Source of the DNA: Eledone cirrhosa
Taxonomy: Eukaryota
Direction: 5' to 3'
Length of the DNA stretch: 64,000 nt
Assembly: GCA_964016885.1 (NCBI GenBank)
Contig: OZ024744.1
Span: 130,386,001 to 130,450,000, forward strand
Shown here: piece after piece, positions 48,092 through 59,829 of the stretch
Numbering within the stretch: position 1 is the stretch's first letter
Layout: every line of letters begins with the position of its first letter
The notes under the pieces: generated by a model
The model's input: only the letters and a program-made list of their open reading frames with translations
Database searches by the model: none
What the model was told of the DNA's origin: nothing
Translations under genes and position numbers: made by a program

Positions 48092-49598
48092 AGTCGGGGT
48101 TAAGTTAAGTTGGCGTTAAGTTAAGTTGGCGTTAAGTTAAGTTAGGCTTAACTTAAGTTGGGGTTCAGTTAAGTTGGGGGTAAGTTAAGTTGGGGTTAAG
48201 TTAAGTTAGGGTTAAGTTAAGTTGGGGTTGAGTTAAGTTGGGGTTAATTAAGTGGTGGTTATGTTAAGTTGGGGTTAAGTTAAGTTGGGGTTAATTTAAA
48301 TTGGGGTTAAGTTAACTTTGTGGTTAAGTTAAGTTGGGGTTAAGTTAAGTTGGGGTAAAGTTGGGGTTGAGTTAAGTTGGGGTTGAGTGAAGTTGGGGTT
48401 AAGTTAAGTTGGGGTTAAGTTAAGTTGGGGTTAAGATAAGTCGGGGTTAAGTTAAGTTGTGGTTGAGTTAAGTTGGGGTTAATTTAAGTTGGGGCTAAGT
48501 TAATTTGTGGTTAAGTTAAGTTGTGGTTAAGTTAAGTTGGGGTTAAGTTAAGTTGGGGTTGAGTTAAGTTGGGGCTAAGTTAATTTGGGGTTAAGTTAAG
48601 TTAATTTGGGGTTAAGTTAAGTTGGGGTTAAGTTAAGTTGGGTTTAAGTTAAGTTGGGGTTAAATTAAGTTGGGGTTAAATTAAGTTGGGGTTAAGTTAA
48701 GTTGGGGGTAAGTTAAGTTGGGGCTGAGTTAAGTTGGGGTTAAGTTAAGTTGAGGTTAAGTTAAGTTGGGGTTAAATTAAGTTGGGGTTAAGTTAAGTTG
48801 GGGTTAAGTTAAGTTGGGGATAAGTTAAGTTGGGGATAATTTAAGTCGGGGTTAAGTTAAGTTGGGGTTAAGTTAAGTTGGGGTTAAGTTAAGTTGGGGA
48901 TAAGTTAAGTTGGGGTTAAGTTAAGTTGGGGTTAAGTTAAGTTGGGGTTAAGTTAAGTTGGGGCTAAGTTAAGTTGGGGCTGAGTTAAGTTGGGGTTAAG
49001 TTAAGTTGGGGGTTAAGTTATGTTGGGGTAAATTTAAGTTGGGGTTTATTTAAGTTGGGGTTAAGTTAAGTTGGGGTTCAGTTAAGTTGGGGTTAAGTTA
49101 AGTCGGGGTTAAGTTAAGTCGGGGTTAAGTTAAGTTAGGGTTCAGTTAAGTTGGGGTTAAGTTAAGTTGGGGTTGAGTTAAGTTGGGGTTGAGTTAAATT
49201 GGGGTTGAGTTAAGTTGGGGTTAAGTTAAGTTGCAGTTAAGTTAAGTTGAGGTTAAGTTAAGGTGCGGTTAAGTTAAGTTGGGGTTAAGTTAAGTTGGGG
49301 CTAAGTTAAGTTGGGGCTAAGTTAAGTTGGGGTTAAGTTACGTTGGGGTTAAGTTAAGTCGGGGTTAAGTTAAGTTGGGGTTAAGTTAAGTTGGGGTTAA
49401 TTTAAGTTGGGGTTAAGTTAAGTTGGGGTTAAGTTAAGTTGGGGTTAAGTTAAGTTGGGGTTAAGTTGGGTTTAAGTTAAGTTGGGGTTAAGTTAAGTTG
49501 GTTAGTTAAGTTGAGTTTAAGTTAAGTTGGGGTTAATTTAAGTTGGGGTTAAGTTAAGTTGGGGTTAAGTTAAGTTGGGGTTAAGTTAAGTTGGGGTT

Positions 49599-49814
49599 AA
49601 CCCCAACTTAACTTAACCCCAACTTAACTTAACCCCAACTTCACTCAACCCCAACGTAACTCAACCCCAATTTAACTTAACCCCAACTTCACTCAACCCC
49701 AACTTAACTTAACCCCAACTTCACTCAATCCCAACTTAAGTCAACCCCAACTTAACTTAACCCCAACTCTACTTAACCCCAACTTAACTTAGCCCCAACT
49801 TAACTTAAGCCCAA
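49599..49814 (-). repeat. Inverted satellite block, type C
   Basis: caatttaac and caatccc; private aactctac variant near 49769. Confidence 0.95.
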
Positions 49815-51086
49815 AGTCGGGGTTAAGTTAAGTTGGCGTTAAGTTAAGTTAGGCTTAACTTAAGTTGGGGGTAAGTTAAGTTGGGGGTAAGTTAAGTTGG
49901 GGTTAAGTTAAGTTGCGGTTAAGTTGGGGTTAAGTTAAGTTAGGGTTAAGTTAAGTTGGCGTTGAGTTAAGTTGGGGTTAATTAAGTGGTGGTTATGTTA
50001 AGTTGGGGTTAATTTAAATTGGGGTGAAGTTAACTTTGTGGTTAAGTTAAGTTGGGGTTAAGTTAAGTTGGGGTTAAGTTGGGGTTGAGTTAAGTTGGGG
50101 TTGAGTGAAGTTGGGGTTAAGTTAAGTTGGGGTAAAGTTAAGTTGGGGTTAAGTTAAGTCGGGGTTAAGTTAAGTTGTGGTTGAGTTAAGTTGGGGTTAA
50201 TTTAAGTTGGGGCTAAGTTAATTTGTGGTTAAGTTAAATTGGGGTTAAGTTAAGTTGGGGTTAAGTTAAGTTGGGGTTAAGTTAAGTTGCAGTTAAGTTA
50301 AGTTGAGGTTAAGTCAAGTTGGGGTTAAGTTAAGTTGGGGTTAAGTTAACTTGGGGTTCAGTTAAGTTGGGGCTAAGTTAAGTTGGGGTTAAGATGGGGT
50401 TAAATTAAGTTGGGGTTAAGTTAAGTTGGGGTTAAGTTAAGTTGGGGTTAAGTTAAGTTGGGGTTAAGTTAAGTCGGGGTTAAGTTAAGTCGGGGTTAAG
50501 TTAAGTTAGGGTTCAGTTAAGTTGGGGTTAAGTTAAGTTGGGGTTGAGTTAAGTTGGGGTTGAGTTAAATTGGGGTTGAGTTAAGTTGGGGTTGAGTTAA
50601 GTTGGTGTTGAGTTAAGTTGGGGTTAAGTTAAGTTGGGGTTAAGTTAAGTTGCAGTTAAGTTAAGTTGAGGTTAAGTTAAGGTGCGGTTAAGTTAAGTTG
50701 GGGTTAAGTTAAGTTGGGGCTAAGTTAAGTTGGGGCTAAGTTAAGTTGGGGCTAAGTTAAGTTGGGGTTAAGTTACGTTGGGGTTAAGTTAAGTCGGGGC
50801 TAAGTTAAGTTGGGGTTAAGTTAAGTTGGGGTTAATTTAAGTTGGGGTTGAGTTAAGTTGGGGTTAAGTTTAGTTGGGGTTAAGTTAAGTTGGGGTTAAG
50901 TTAAGTTGGGTTTAAGTTAAGTTGGGGTTAAGTTAAGTTGGGGTCAAGTTAAGTTGGGGTTAAGTTAAGTTGGTTAGTTAAGTTGAGTTTAAGTTAAGTT
51001 GGGGTTAATTTAAGTTGGGGTTAAGTTAAGTTGGGGTTAAGTTAATTTGGGGTTAAGTTAAGTTGGGGTTAAGTTAAATTGGGGTT

Positions 51087-51270
51087 AACCCCAACTTAAC
51101 TTAACCCCAACTTCACTCAACCCCAACGTAACTCAACCCCAACTTAACTTAACCCCAACTTCACTCAACCCCAACTTAACTTAACCCCAACTTCACTCAA
51201 CCCCAACTTAAGTCAACCCCAACTTAACTTAACCCCAACTTGACTTAACCCCAACTTAACTTAAGCCCAA
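51087..51270 (-). repeat. Inverted satellite block, type B
   Basis: aagtcaacc; followed by agtcggag. Confidence 0.95.
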
Positions 51271-53053
51271 AGTCGGAGTTAAGTTAAGTTGGCGTTAAGT
51301 TAAGTTAGGCTTAACTTAAGTTGGGGGTAAGTTAAGTTGGGGGTAAGTTAAGTTGGGGTTAAGTTAAGTTGCGGTTAAGTTGGGGTTAAGTTAAGTTAGG
51401 GTTAAGTTAAGTTGGCGTTGAGTTAAGTTGGGGTTAATTAAGTGGTGGTTATGTTAAGTTGGGGTTAATTTAAATTGGGGTGAAGTTAACTTTGTGGTTA
51501 AGTTAAGTTGCAGTTAAGTTAAGTTGAGGTTAAGTTAAGTTGGGGTTAAGTTAAGTTGGGGCTAAGTTAAGTTGGGGCTAAGTTAAGTTGGGGCTAAGTT
51601 AAGTTGGGGTTAAGTTAAGTTGGGGTTAAGTTAAGTTGGGGTTAAGTTAAGTTGGGGTTAAGTTAAGTTGGTGTTAAGTTAAGTTGGGGCTAAGTTAAGT
51701 TGGGGCTGAGTTAAGTTGGGGCTGAGTTAAGTTGGGATTAAGTTAAGTTGGGGTTGAGTTAAGTTGGGGTTAAGTTAAGTTGGGGTCAAGTTAAGTTGGG
51801 GTTAAGTTGGGGTTAAGTTAAGTTAGGTTTAAGTTAAGTTGGGGTTAAGTTAAGTTGGGGTTAAGTTAAGTTGGGGTTAAGTTAAGTTGGGGTTAAGTTA
51901 AGTTGGGGTTAAGTTAATTTGTGGTTAAGTTAAGTTGGGGTTAAGTTAAGTTGGGGTTAAGTTAAGTCGGGGTTAAGTTAAGTTGGGGTTAAGTTAAGTT
52001 GGGGTTAATTTAAGTTGGGGTTAAGTTAAGTTGGGGATTAAGTTAAGTTGGGGATAATTTAAGTTGGGGTTAAGTTAAGTTTGGGTTTAAGTTAAGTTGG
52101 GGTTAAGTTAAGTTGGGGTTAAGTTAAGTTGGGGTTAAGTTAAGTTGGTTAGTTAAGTTGAGTTTAAGTTAAGTTGGGGTTAATTTAAGTTGGGGTTAAG
52201 TTAAGCTGGGGTTAAGTTAAGTTGGGGTTAAGTTAAGTTGGGGTTAATTTAAGTTGAGGTTAAGTTAAGTTGCGGGTAATTTAAGTTGGGGTTAAGTTAA
52301 GTTGGGGTTAATTTAAGTTGGGGTTAAGTTAAGTTGGGGTTAAGTTAAGTTGGGGTTAAATTAAGTTGGGGCTAATTTAAGTTGGGGCTGAGTTAAGTTG
52401 GGGTTAAGTTAAGTTGGGGTTAAGTTAAGTTGGGGTTAAGTTAAGTTGGGGTTTATTTAAGTTGGGGTTAAGTTAAGTTGGGGTTCAGTTAAGTTGGGGT
52501 TCAGTTAAGTTGGGGTTAAGATGGGGTTAAATTACGTTGGAGTTAAGTTAAGTTGGGGTTAAGTTAAGTTGGGGTTAAGTTAAGTTGGGGTTAAGTTAAG
52601 TCGGGGTTAATTTAAGTCGGGGTTAAGTTAAGTTAGGGTTCAGTTAAGTTGGGGTTAAGTTAAGTTGGGCTTGAGTTAAGTTGGGGTTGAGTTAAATTGG
52701 GGTTGAGTTAAGTTGGGGTTGAGTTAAGTTGGTGTTGAGTTAAGTTGGGGTTAAGTTAAGTTGGGGTTAAGTTAAGTTGCAGTTAAGTTAAGTTGAGGTT
52801 AGGTTAAGGTGCGGTTAAGTTAAGTTGGGCTTAAGTTAAGTTGGGGCTAAGTTAAGTTGGGGCTAAGTTAAGTTGGGGCTAAGTTAAGTTGGGGTTAAGT
52901 TAAGTTGGGGTTAAGTTAAGTCGGGGTTAAGTTAAGTTGGGGTTAAGTTAAGTTGGGGTTAAGTTAAGTTGGGGTTAAGTTAAGTTGGTTAGTTAAGTTG
53001 AGTTTAAGTTAAGTTGGGGTTAATTTAAGTTGGGGTTAAGTTAAGTTGGGGTT

Positions 53054-53228
53054 AACCCCAACTTAACTTAACCCCAACTTCACTCAACCCCAACGTAACT
53101 CAACCCCAACTTAACTTAACCCCAACTTCACTCAACCCCAACTTAACTTAACCCCAACTTCACTCAACCCCAACTTCCAACTTGACTTAACCCCAACTTA
53201 ACTTAGCCCCAACTTAACTTAAGCCCAA
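53054..53228 (-). repeat. Inverted satellite block, type A
   Basis: cttccaacttgac diagnostic. Confidence 0.95.
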
Positions 53229-53688
53229 AGTCGGGGTTAAGTTAAGTTGGCGTTAAGTTAAGTTGGCGTTAAGTTAAGTTAGGCTTAACTTAAGTTGGGG
53301 TTCAGTTAAGTTGGGGGTAAGTTAAGTTGGGGTTAAGTTAAGTTAGGGTTAAGTTAAGTTGGGGTTGAGTTAAGTTGGGGTTAATTAAGTGGTGGTTATG
53401 TTAAGTTGGGGTTAAGTTAAGTTGGGGTTAATTTAAATTGGGGTTAAGTTAACTTTGTGGTTAAGTTAAGTTGGGGTTAAGTTAAGTTGGGGTAAAGTTG
53501 GGGTTGAGTTAAGTTGGGGTTGAGTGAAGTTGGGGTTAAGTTAAGTTGGGGTTAAGTTAAGTTGGGGTTAAGATAAGTCGGGGTTAAGTTAAGTTGTGGT
53601 TGAGTTAAGTTGGGGTTAATTTAAGTTGGGGCTAAGTTAATTTGTGGTTAAGTTAAGTTGTGGTTAAGTTAAGTTGGGGTTAAGTTAA

Positions 53689-56600
53689 GTTGGGGTTGAG
53701 TTAAGTTGGGGCTAAGTTAATTTGGGGTTAAGTTAAGTTGGGGTTAAGTTAAGTTGGGTTTAAGTTAAGTTGGGGTTAAATTAAGTTGGGGTTAAATTAA
53801 GTTGGGGTTAAGTTAAGTTGGGGGTAAGTTAAGTTGGGGGCAAGTTAAGTTGGGGTTAATTTAAGTTGGGGTTAAATTAAGTTGGGGTTACGTTAAGTTG
53901 GTGTTAAGTTAAGTTGGGGTTAATTTAAGTTGGGGTTAATTAAGTTGGGGTTAAGTTAAGTTGGGGTTAAGTTAAGTTGGGGTTAATTTAAGTTGGGGTT
54001 GAGTTAAGTTGGGGTTAAGTTAAGTTGGGGTTATATTAAGTTGGGGTTAAGTTAAGTTGGGGTTCAGTTAAGTTGGGGTTAAGTTAAGTCGGGGTTAAGT
54101 TAAGTTGAGGTTAAGTTAAGTTGGGGTTAAGTTAAGTTGGTGTTAAGTTAAGTTGGGGCTAAGTTAAGTTGGGGCTGAGTTAAGTTGGGGCTGAGTTAAG
54201 TTGGGGCTAAGTTAAGTTGGGGTTGAGTTAAGTTGGGGTTAAGTTGGGGTTAAGTTAAGTTAGGTTTAAGTTAAGTTGGGGTTAAGTTAAGTTGGGGTTA
54301 AGTTAAGTTGGGGTTAAGTTAAGTTGGGGTTAAGTTAAGTTGGGGTTAAGTTAAGTTGGGGTTAAGTTAATTTGTGGTTAAGTTAAGTTGTGGTTAAGTT
54401 AAGTTGGGGTTAAGTTAAGTTGGGGTTAAGTTAAGTCGGGGTTAAGTTAAGTTGGGGTTAAGTTAAGTTGGGGTTAATTTAAGTTGGGGTTAAGTTAAGT
54501 TGGGGTTAAGTTAAGTTGGGGTTAAGTTAAGTCGGGGTTAAGTTAAGTTGGGGTTAAGTTAAGTTGGGGTTAATTTAAGTTGGGGTTAAGTTAAGTTGGG
54601 GTTAAGTTAAGTTGGGGTTAAGTTAAGTTGGGGTTAAGTTAAGTTGGGGATAATTTAAGTTGGGGTTAAGTTAAGTTTGAGTTTAAGTTAAGTTGGGGTT
54701 AAGTTAAGTTGGGGTTAAGTTAAGTTGGGGTTAAGTTAAGTTGGTTAGTTAAGTTGAGTTTAAGTTAAGTTGGGGTTAATTTAAGTTGGGGTTAAGTTAA
54801 GCTGGGGTTAAGTTAAGTTGGGGTTAAGTCAAGTTGGGGTTAATTTAAGTTGGGGTTAAGTTAAGTTGCGGGTAATTTAAGTTGGGGTTAAGTTACGTTG
54901 GGGTTAAGTTAAGTTGGGGTTAAGTTAAGTTGGGGTTAAGTTAAGTTGGGGCTAATTTAAGTTGGGGCTGAGTTAAGTTGGGGTTAAGTTAAGTTGGGGT
55001 TAAGTTAAGTTGGGGTTAAGTTAAGTTGGGGTTTATTTAAGTTGGGGTTAAGTTAAGTTGGGGTTCAGTTAAGTTGGGGTTCAGTTAAGTTGGGGTTAAG
55101 TTAAGTTGGGGTTAAGATGGGGTTAAATTACGTCGGAGTTAAGTTAAGTTGGGGTTAAGTTAAGTTGGGGTTAAGTTAAGTTGGGGTTAAGTTAAGTCGG
55201 GGTTAATTTAAGTCGGGGTTAAGTTAAGTTAGGGTTCAGTTAAGTTGGGGTTAAGTTAAGTTGGGGTTGAGTTAAGTTGGGGTTGAGTTAAATTGGGGTT
55301 GAGTTAAGTTGGGGTTGAGTTAAGTTGGTGTTGAGTTAAGTTGGGGTTAAGTTAAATTGGGGTTAAGTTAAGTTGCAGTTAAGTTAAGTTGAGGTTAAGT
55401 TAAGGTGCGGTTAAGTTAAGTTGGGCTTAAGTTAAGTTGGGGCTAAGTTAAGTTGGGGCTCAGTTAAGTTGGGGCTAAGTTAAGTTGGGGTTAAGTTAAG
55501 TTGGGGTTAATTTAAGTTGGGGTTAAGTTAAGTTGGGGTTAAGTTAAGTTGGGGTTAAGTTAAGTTGGGTTTAAGTTAAGTTGGGGTTAAGTTATGTTGG
55601 GGTTGAGTTAAGTTGGGGCTGAGTTAATTTGGGGTTAAGTTAAGTTGGGGTTAAGTTAAGTTGGGTTTAAGTTAAGTTGGGGTTAAATTAAGTTGGGGTT
55701 AAAATAAGTTGGGGTTAAGTTAAGTTGGGGGTAAGTTAAGTTGGGGGCAAGTTAAGTTGGGGTTAATTTAAGTTGGGGTTAAATTAAGTTGGGGTTACGT
55801 TAAGTTGGTGTTAAGTTAAGTTGGGGTTAATTTAAGTTGGGGTTAATTAAGTTGGGGTTAAGTTAAGTTGGGGTTAAGTTAAGTTGGGGTTAATTTAAGT
55901 TGGGGTTGAGTTAAGTTGGGGTTAAGTTAAGTTGGGGTTATATTAAGTTGGGGTTAAGTTAAGTTGGGGTTAATTTAAGTTGGGGTTAAGTTAAGTTGGG
56001 GTTAAGTTAAGTTGGTGTTAAGTTAAGTTTGGGCTAAGTTAAGTTGGGGTTGAGTTAAGTTGGGGTTAAGTTGGGGTTAAATTAAGTTAGGTTTAAGTTA
56101 AGTTGGGGTTAAGTTAAGTTGGGGTTAAGTTAAGTTGTGGTTAAGTTAAGTTGGGGTTAAGTTAAGTTGGGGTTAAGTTAAGTCGGGGTTGAGTTAAGTT
56201 GGGGTTAAGTTAAGTTGGGGTTAATTTAAGTTGGGGTTAAGTTAAGTTGGGGTTAAGTTAAGTTGGGGTTAAGTTAATTGGGGTTAAGTTAAGTTGGGGT
56301 TAAGTTAAGTTGAGGTTAAGTTAAGTTGGGGTTAAGTTAAGTTGGGGTTGAGTTAAGTTGGGGCTAAGTTAATTTGGGGTTAAGTTAAGTTGGGGTTAAG
56401 TTAAGTTGGGTTTAAGTTAAGTTGGGGTTAAATTAAGTTGGGGTTAAATTAAGTTGGGGTTAAGTTAAGTTGGGGGTAAGTTAAGTTGGGGGCAAGTTAA
56501 GTTGGGGTTAATTTAAGTTGGGGTTAAATTAAGTTGGGGTTACGTTAAGTTGGTGTTAAGTTAAGTTGGGGTTAATTTAAGTTGGGGTTAATTAAGTTGG

Positions 56601-58987
56601 GGTTAAGTTAAGTTGGGGTTAAGTTAAGTTGGGGTTAATTTAAGTTGGGGTTGAGTTAAGTTGGGGTTAAGTTAAGTTGGGGTTATATTAAGTTGGGGTT
56701 AAGTTAAGTTGGGGTTCAGTTAAGTTGGGGTTAAGTTAAGTCGGGGTTAAGTTAAGTTGAGGTTAAGTTAAGTTGGGGTTAAGTTAAGTTGGTGTTAAGT
56801 TAAGTTGGGGCTAAGTTAAGTTGGGGCTGAGTTAAGTTGGGGCTGAGTTAAGTTGGGGCTAAGTTAAGTTGGGGTTGAGTTAAGTTGGGGTTAAGTTGGG
56901 GTTAAGTTAAGTTAGGTTTAAGTTAATTTGGGGTTAAGTTAAGTTGGGGTTAAGTTAAGTTGGGGTTAAGTTAAGTTGGGGTTAAGTTAAGTTGGGGTTA
57001 AGTTAAGTTGGGGTTAAGTTAATTTGTGGTTAAGTTAAGTTGTGGTTAAGTTAAGTTGGGGTTAAGTTAAGTTGGGGTTAAGTTAAGTCGGGGTTAAGTT
57101 AAGTTGGGGTTAAGTTAAGTTGGGGTTAATTTAAGTTGGGGTTAAGTTAAGTTGGGGTTAAGTTAAGTTGGGGTTAAGTTAAGTCGGGGTTAAGTTAAGT
57201 TGGGGTTAAGTTAAGTTGGGGTTAATTTAAGTTGGGGTTAAGTTAAGTTGGGGTTAAGTTAAGTTGGGGTTAAGTTAAGTTGGGGTTAAGTTAAGTTGGG
57301 GATAATTTAAGTTGGGGTTAAGTTAAGTTTGAGTTTAAGTTAAGTTGGGGTTAAGTTAAGTTGGGGTTAAGTTAAGTTGGGGTTAAGTTAAGTTGGTTAG
57401 TTAAGTTGAGTTTAAGTTAAGTTGGGGTTAATTTAAGTTGGGGTTAAGTTAAGCTGGGGTTAAGTTAAGTTGGGGTTAAGTCAAGTTGGGGTTAATTTAA
57501 GTTGGGGTTAAGTTAAGTTGCGGGTAATTTAAGTTGGGGTTAAGTTAAGTTGGGGTTAAGTTAAGTTGGGGTTAAGTTAAGTTGGGGTTAAGTTAAGTTG
57601 GGGCTAATTTAAGTTGGGGCTGAGTTAAGTTGGGGTTAAGTTAAGTTGGGGTTAAGTTAAGTTGGGGTTAAGTTAAGTTGGGGTTTATTTAAGTTGGGGT
57701 TAAGTTAAGTTGGGGTTCAGTTAAGTTGGGGTTCAGTTAAGTTGGGGTTAAGTTAAGTTGGGGTTAAGATGGGGTTAAATTACGTCGGAGTTAAGTTAAG
57801 TTGGGGTTAAGTTAAGTTGGGGTTAAGTTAAGTTGGGGTTAAGTTAAGTCGGGGTTAATTTAAGTCGGGGTTAAGTTAAGTTAGGGTTCAGTTAAGTTGG
57901 GGTTAAGTTAAGTTGGGGTTGAGTTAAGTTGGGGTTGAGTTAAATTGGGGTTGAGTTAAGTTGGGGTTGAGTTAAGTTGGTGTTGAGTTAAGTTGGGGTT
58001 AAGTTAAATTGGGGTTAAGTTAAGTTGCAGTTAAGTTAAGTTGAGGTTAAGTTAAGGTGCGGTTAAGTTAAGTTGGGCTTAAGTTAAGTTGGGGCTAAGT
58101 TAAGTTGGGGCTCAGTTAAGTTGGGGCTAAGTTAAGTTGGGGTTAAGTTAAGTTGGGGTTAATTTAAGTTGGGGTTAAGTTAAGTTGGGGTTAAGTTAAG
58201 TTGGGGTTAAGTTAAGTTGGGTTTAAGTTAAGTTGGGGTTAAGTTATGTTGGGGTTGAGTTAAGTTGGGGCTGAGTTAATTTGGGGTTAAGTTAAGTTGG
58301 GGTTAAGTTAAGTTGGGTTTAAGTTAAGTTGGGGTTAAATTAAGTTGGGGTTAAAATAAGTTGGGGTTAAGTTAAGTTGGGGGTAAGTTAAGTTGGGGGC
58401 AAGTTAAGTTGGGGTTAATTTAAGTTGGGGTTAAATTAAGTTGGGGTTACGTTAAGTTGGTGTTAAGTTAAGTTGGGGTTAATTTAAGTTGGGGTTAATT
58501 AAGTTGGGGTTAAGTTAAGTTGGGGTTAAGTTAAGTTGGGGTTAATTTAAGTTGGGGTTGAGTTAAGTTGGGGTTAAGTTAAGTTGGGGTTATATTAAGT
58601 TGGGGTTAAGTTAAGTTGGGGTTAATTTAAGTTGGGGTTAAGTTAAGTTGGGGTTAAGTTAAGTTGGTGTTAAGTTAAGTTTGGGCTAAGTTAAGTTGGG
58701 GTTGAGTTAAGTTGGGGTTAAGTTGGGGTTAAATTAAGTTAGGTTTAAGTTAAGTTGGGGTTAAGTTAAGTTGGGGTTAAGTTAAGTTGTGGTTAAGTTA
58801 AGTTGGGGTTAAGTTAAGTTGGGGTTAAGTTAAGTCGGGGTTGAGTTAAGTTGGGGTTAAGTTAAGTTGGGGTTAATTTAAGTTGGGGTTAAGTTAAGTT
58901 GGGGTTAAGTTAAGTTGGGGTTAAGTTAATTGGGGTTAAGTTAAGTTGGGGTTAAGTTAAGTTGAGGTTAAGTTAAGTTGGGGTTAA
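53689..58987 (+). repeat. 2652-bp tandem duplication with no inverted block, junction near 56335
   Basis: tacgtcggag at 55129/57781 and aaaataag at 55701/58353, both at offset 2652. Confidence 0.88.
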
Positions 58988-59654
58988 ATTAAGTTTGGGT
59001 TAAGTTAAGTTGGGGTTAAGTTAAGTTGGGGATAAGTTAAGTTGGGGATAATTTAAGTTGGGGTTAAGTTAAGTTGGGTTTAAGTTAAGTTGGAGTTAAG
59101 TTAAGTTGGGGTTAAGTTAAGTTGGGGTTAAGTTAAGTTGGGGTTAAGTTAAGTTGGGGCTAAGTTAAGTTGGGGCTGAGTTAAGTTGGGGTTAAGTTAA
59201 GTTGGGGTTAAGTTAAGTTGGGGTTAAGTTAAGTTGGGGTTAATTTAAGTTGGGGTTAAGTTAAGTTGCGGGTAATTTAAGTTGGGGTTAAGTTAAGTTG
59301 GGGTTAAGTTAAGTTGGGGTTAAGTTAAGTTGGGGTTAAGTTAAGTTGGGGTTAAGTTAAGTTGGGGCTGAGTTAAGTTGGGGTTAAGTTAAGTTGGGGT
59401 TAAGTTAAGTTGGGGTTAAGTTAAGTTGGGGTTTATTTAAGTTGGGGTTAAGTTAAGTTGGGGTTCAGTTAAGTTGCAGTTAAGTCAAGTTGAGGTTAAG
59501 TTAAGGTGCGGTTAAGTTAAGTTGGGGTTAATTTAAGTTGGGGTTAAGTTAAGTTGGGGTTAAGTTAAGTTGGTTAGTTAAGTTGAGTTTAAGTTAAGTT
59601 GGGGTTAATTTAAGTTGGGGTTAAGTTAAGTTGGGGTTAAGTTAAGTTGGGGTT

Positions 59655-59829
59655 AACCCCAACTTAACTTAACCCCAACTTCACTCAACCCCAACGTAAC
59701 TCAACCCCAACTTAACTTAACCCCAACTTCACTCAACCCCAACTTAACTTAACCCCAACTTCACTCAACCCCAACTTCCAACTTGACTTAACCCCAACTT
59801 AACTTAGCCCCAACTTAACTTAAGCCCAA
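59655..59829 (-). repeat. Inverted satellite block, type A' (subfamily 2)
   Basis: cttccaacttgac; triple ttgggggtaag tail. Confidence 0.95.
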
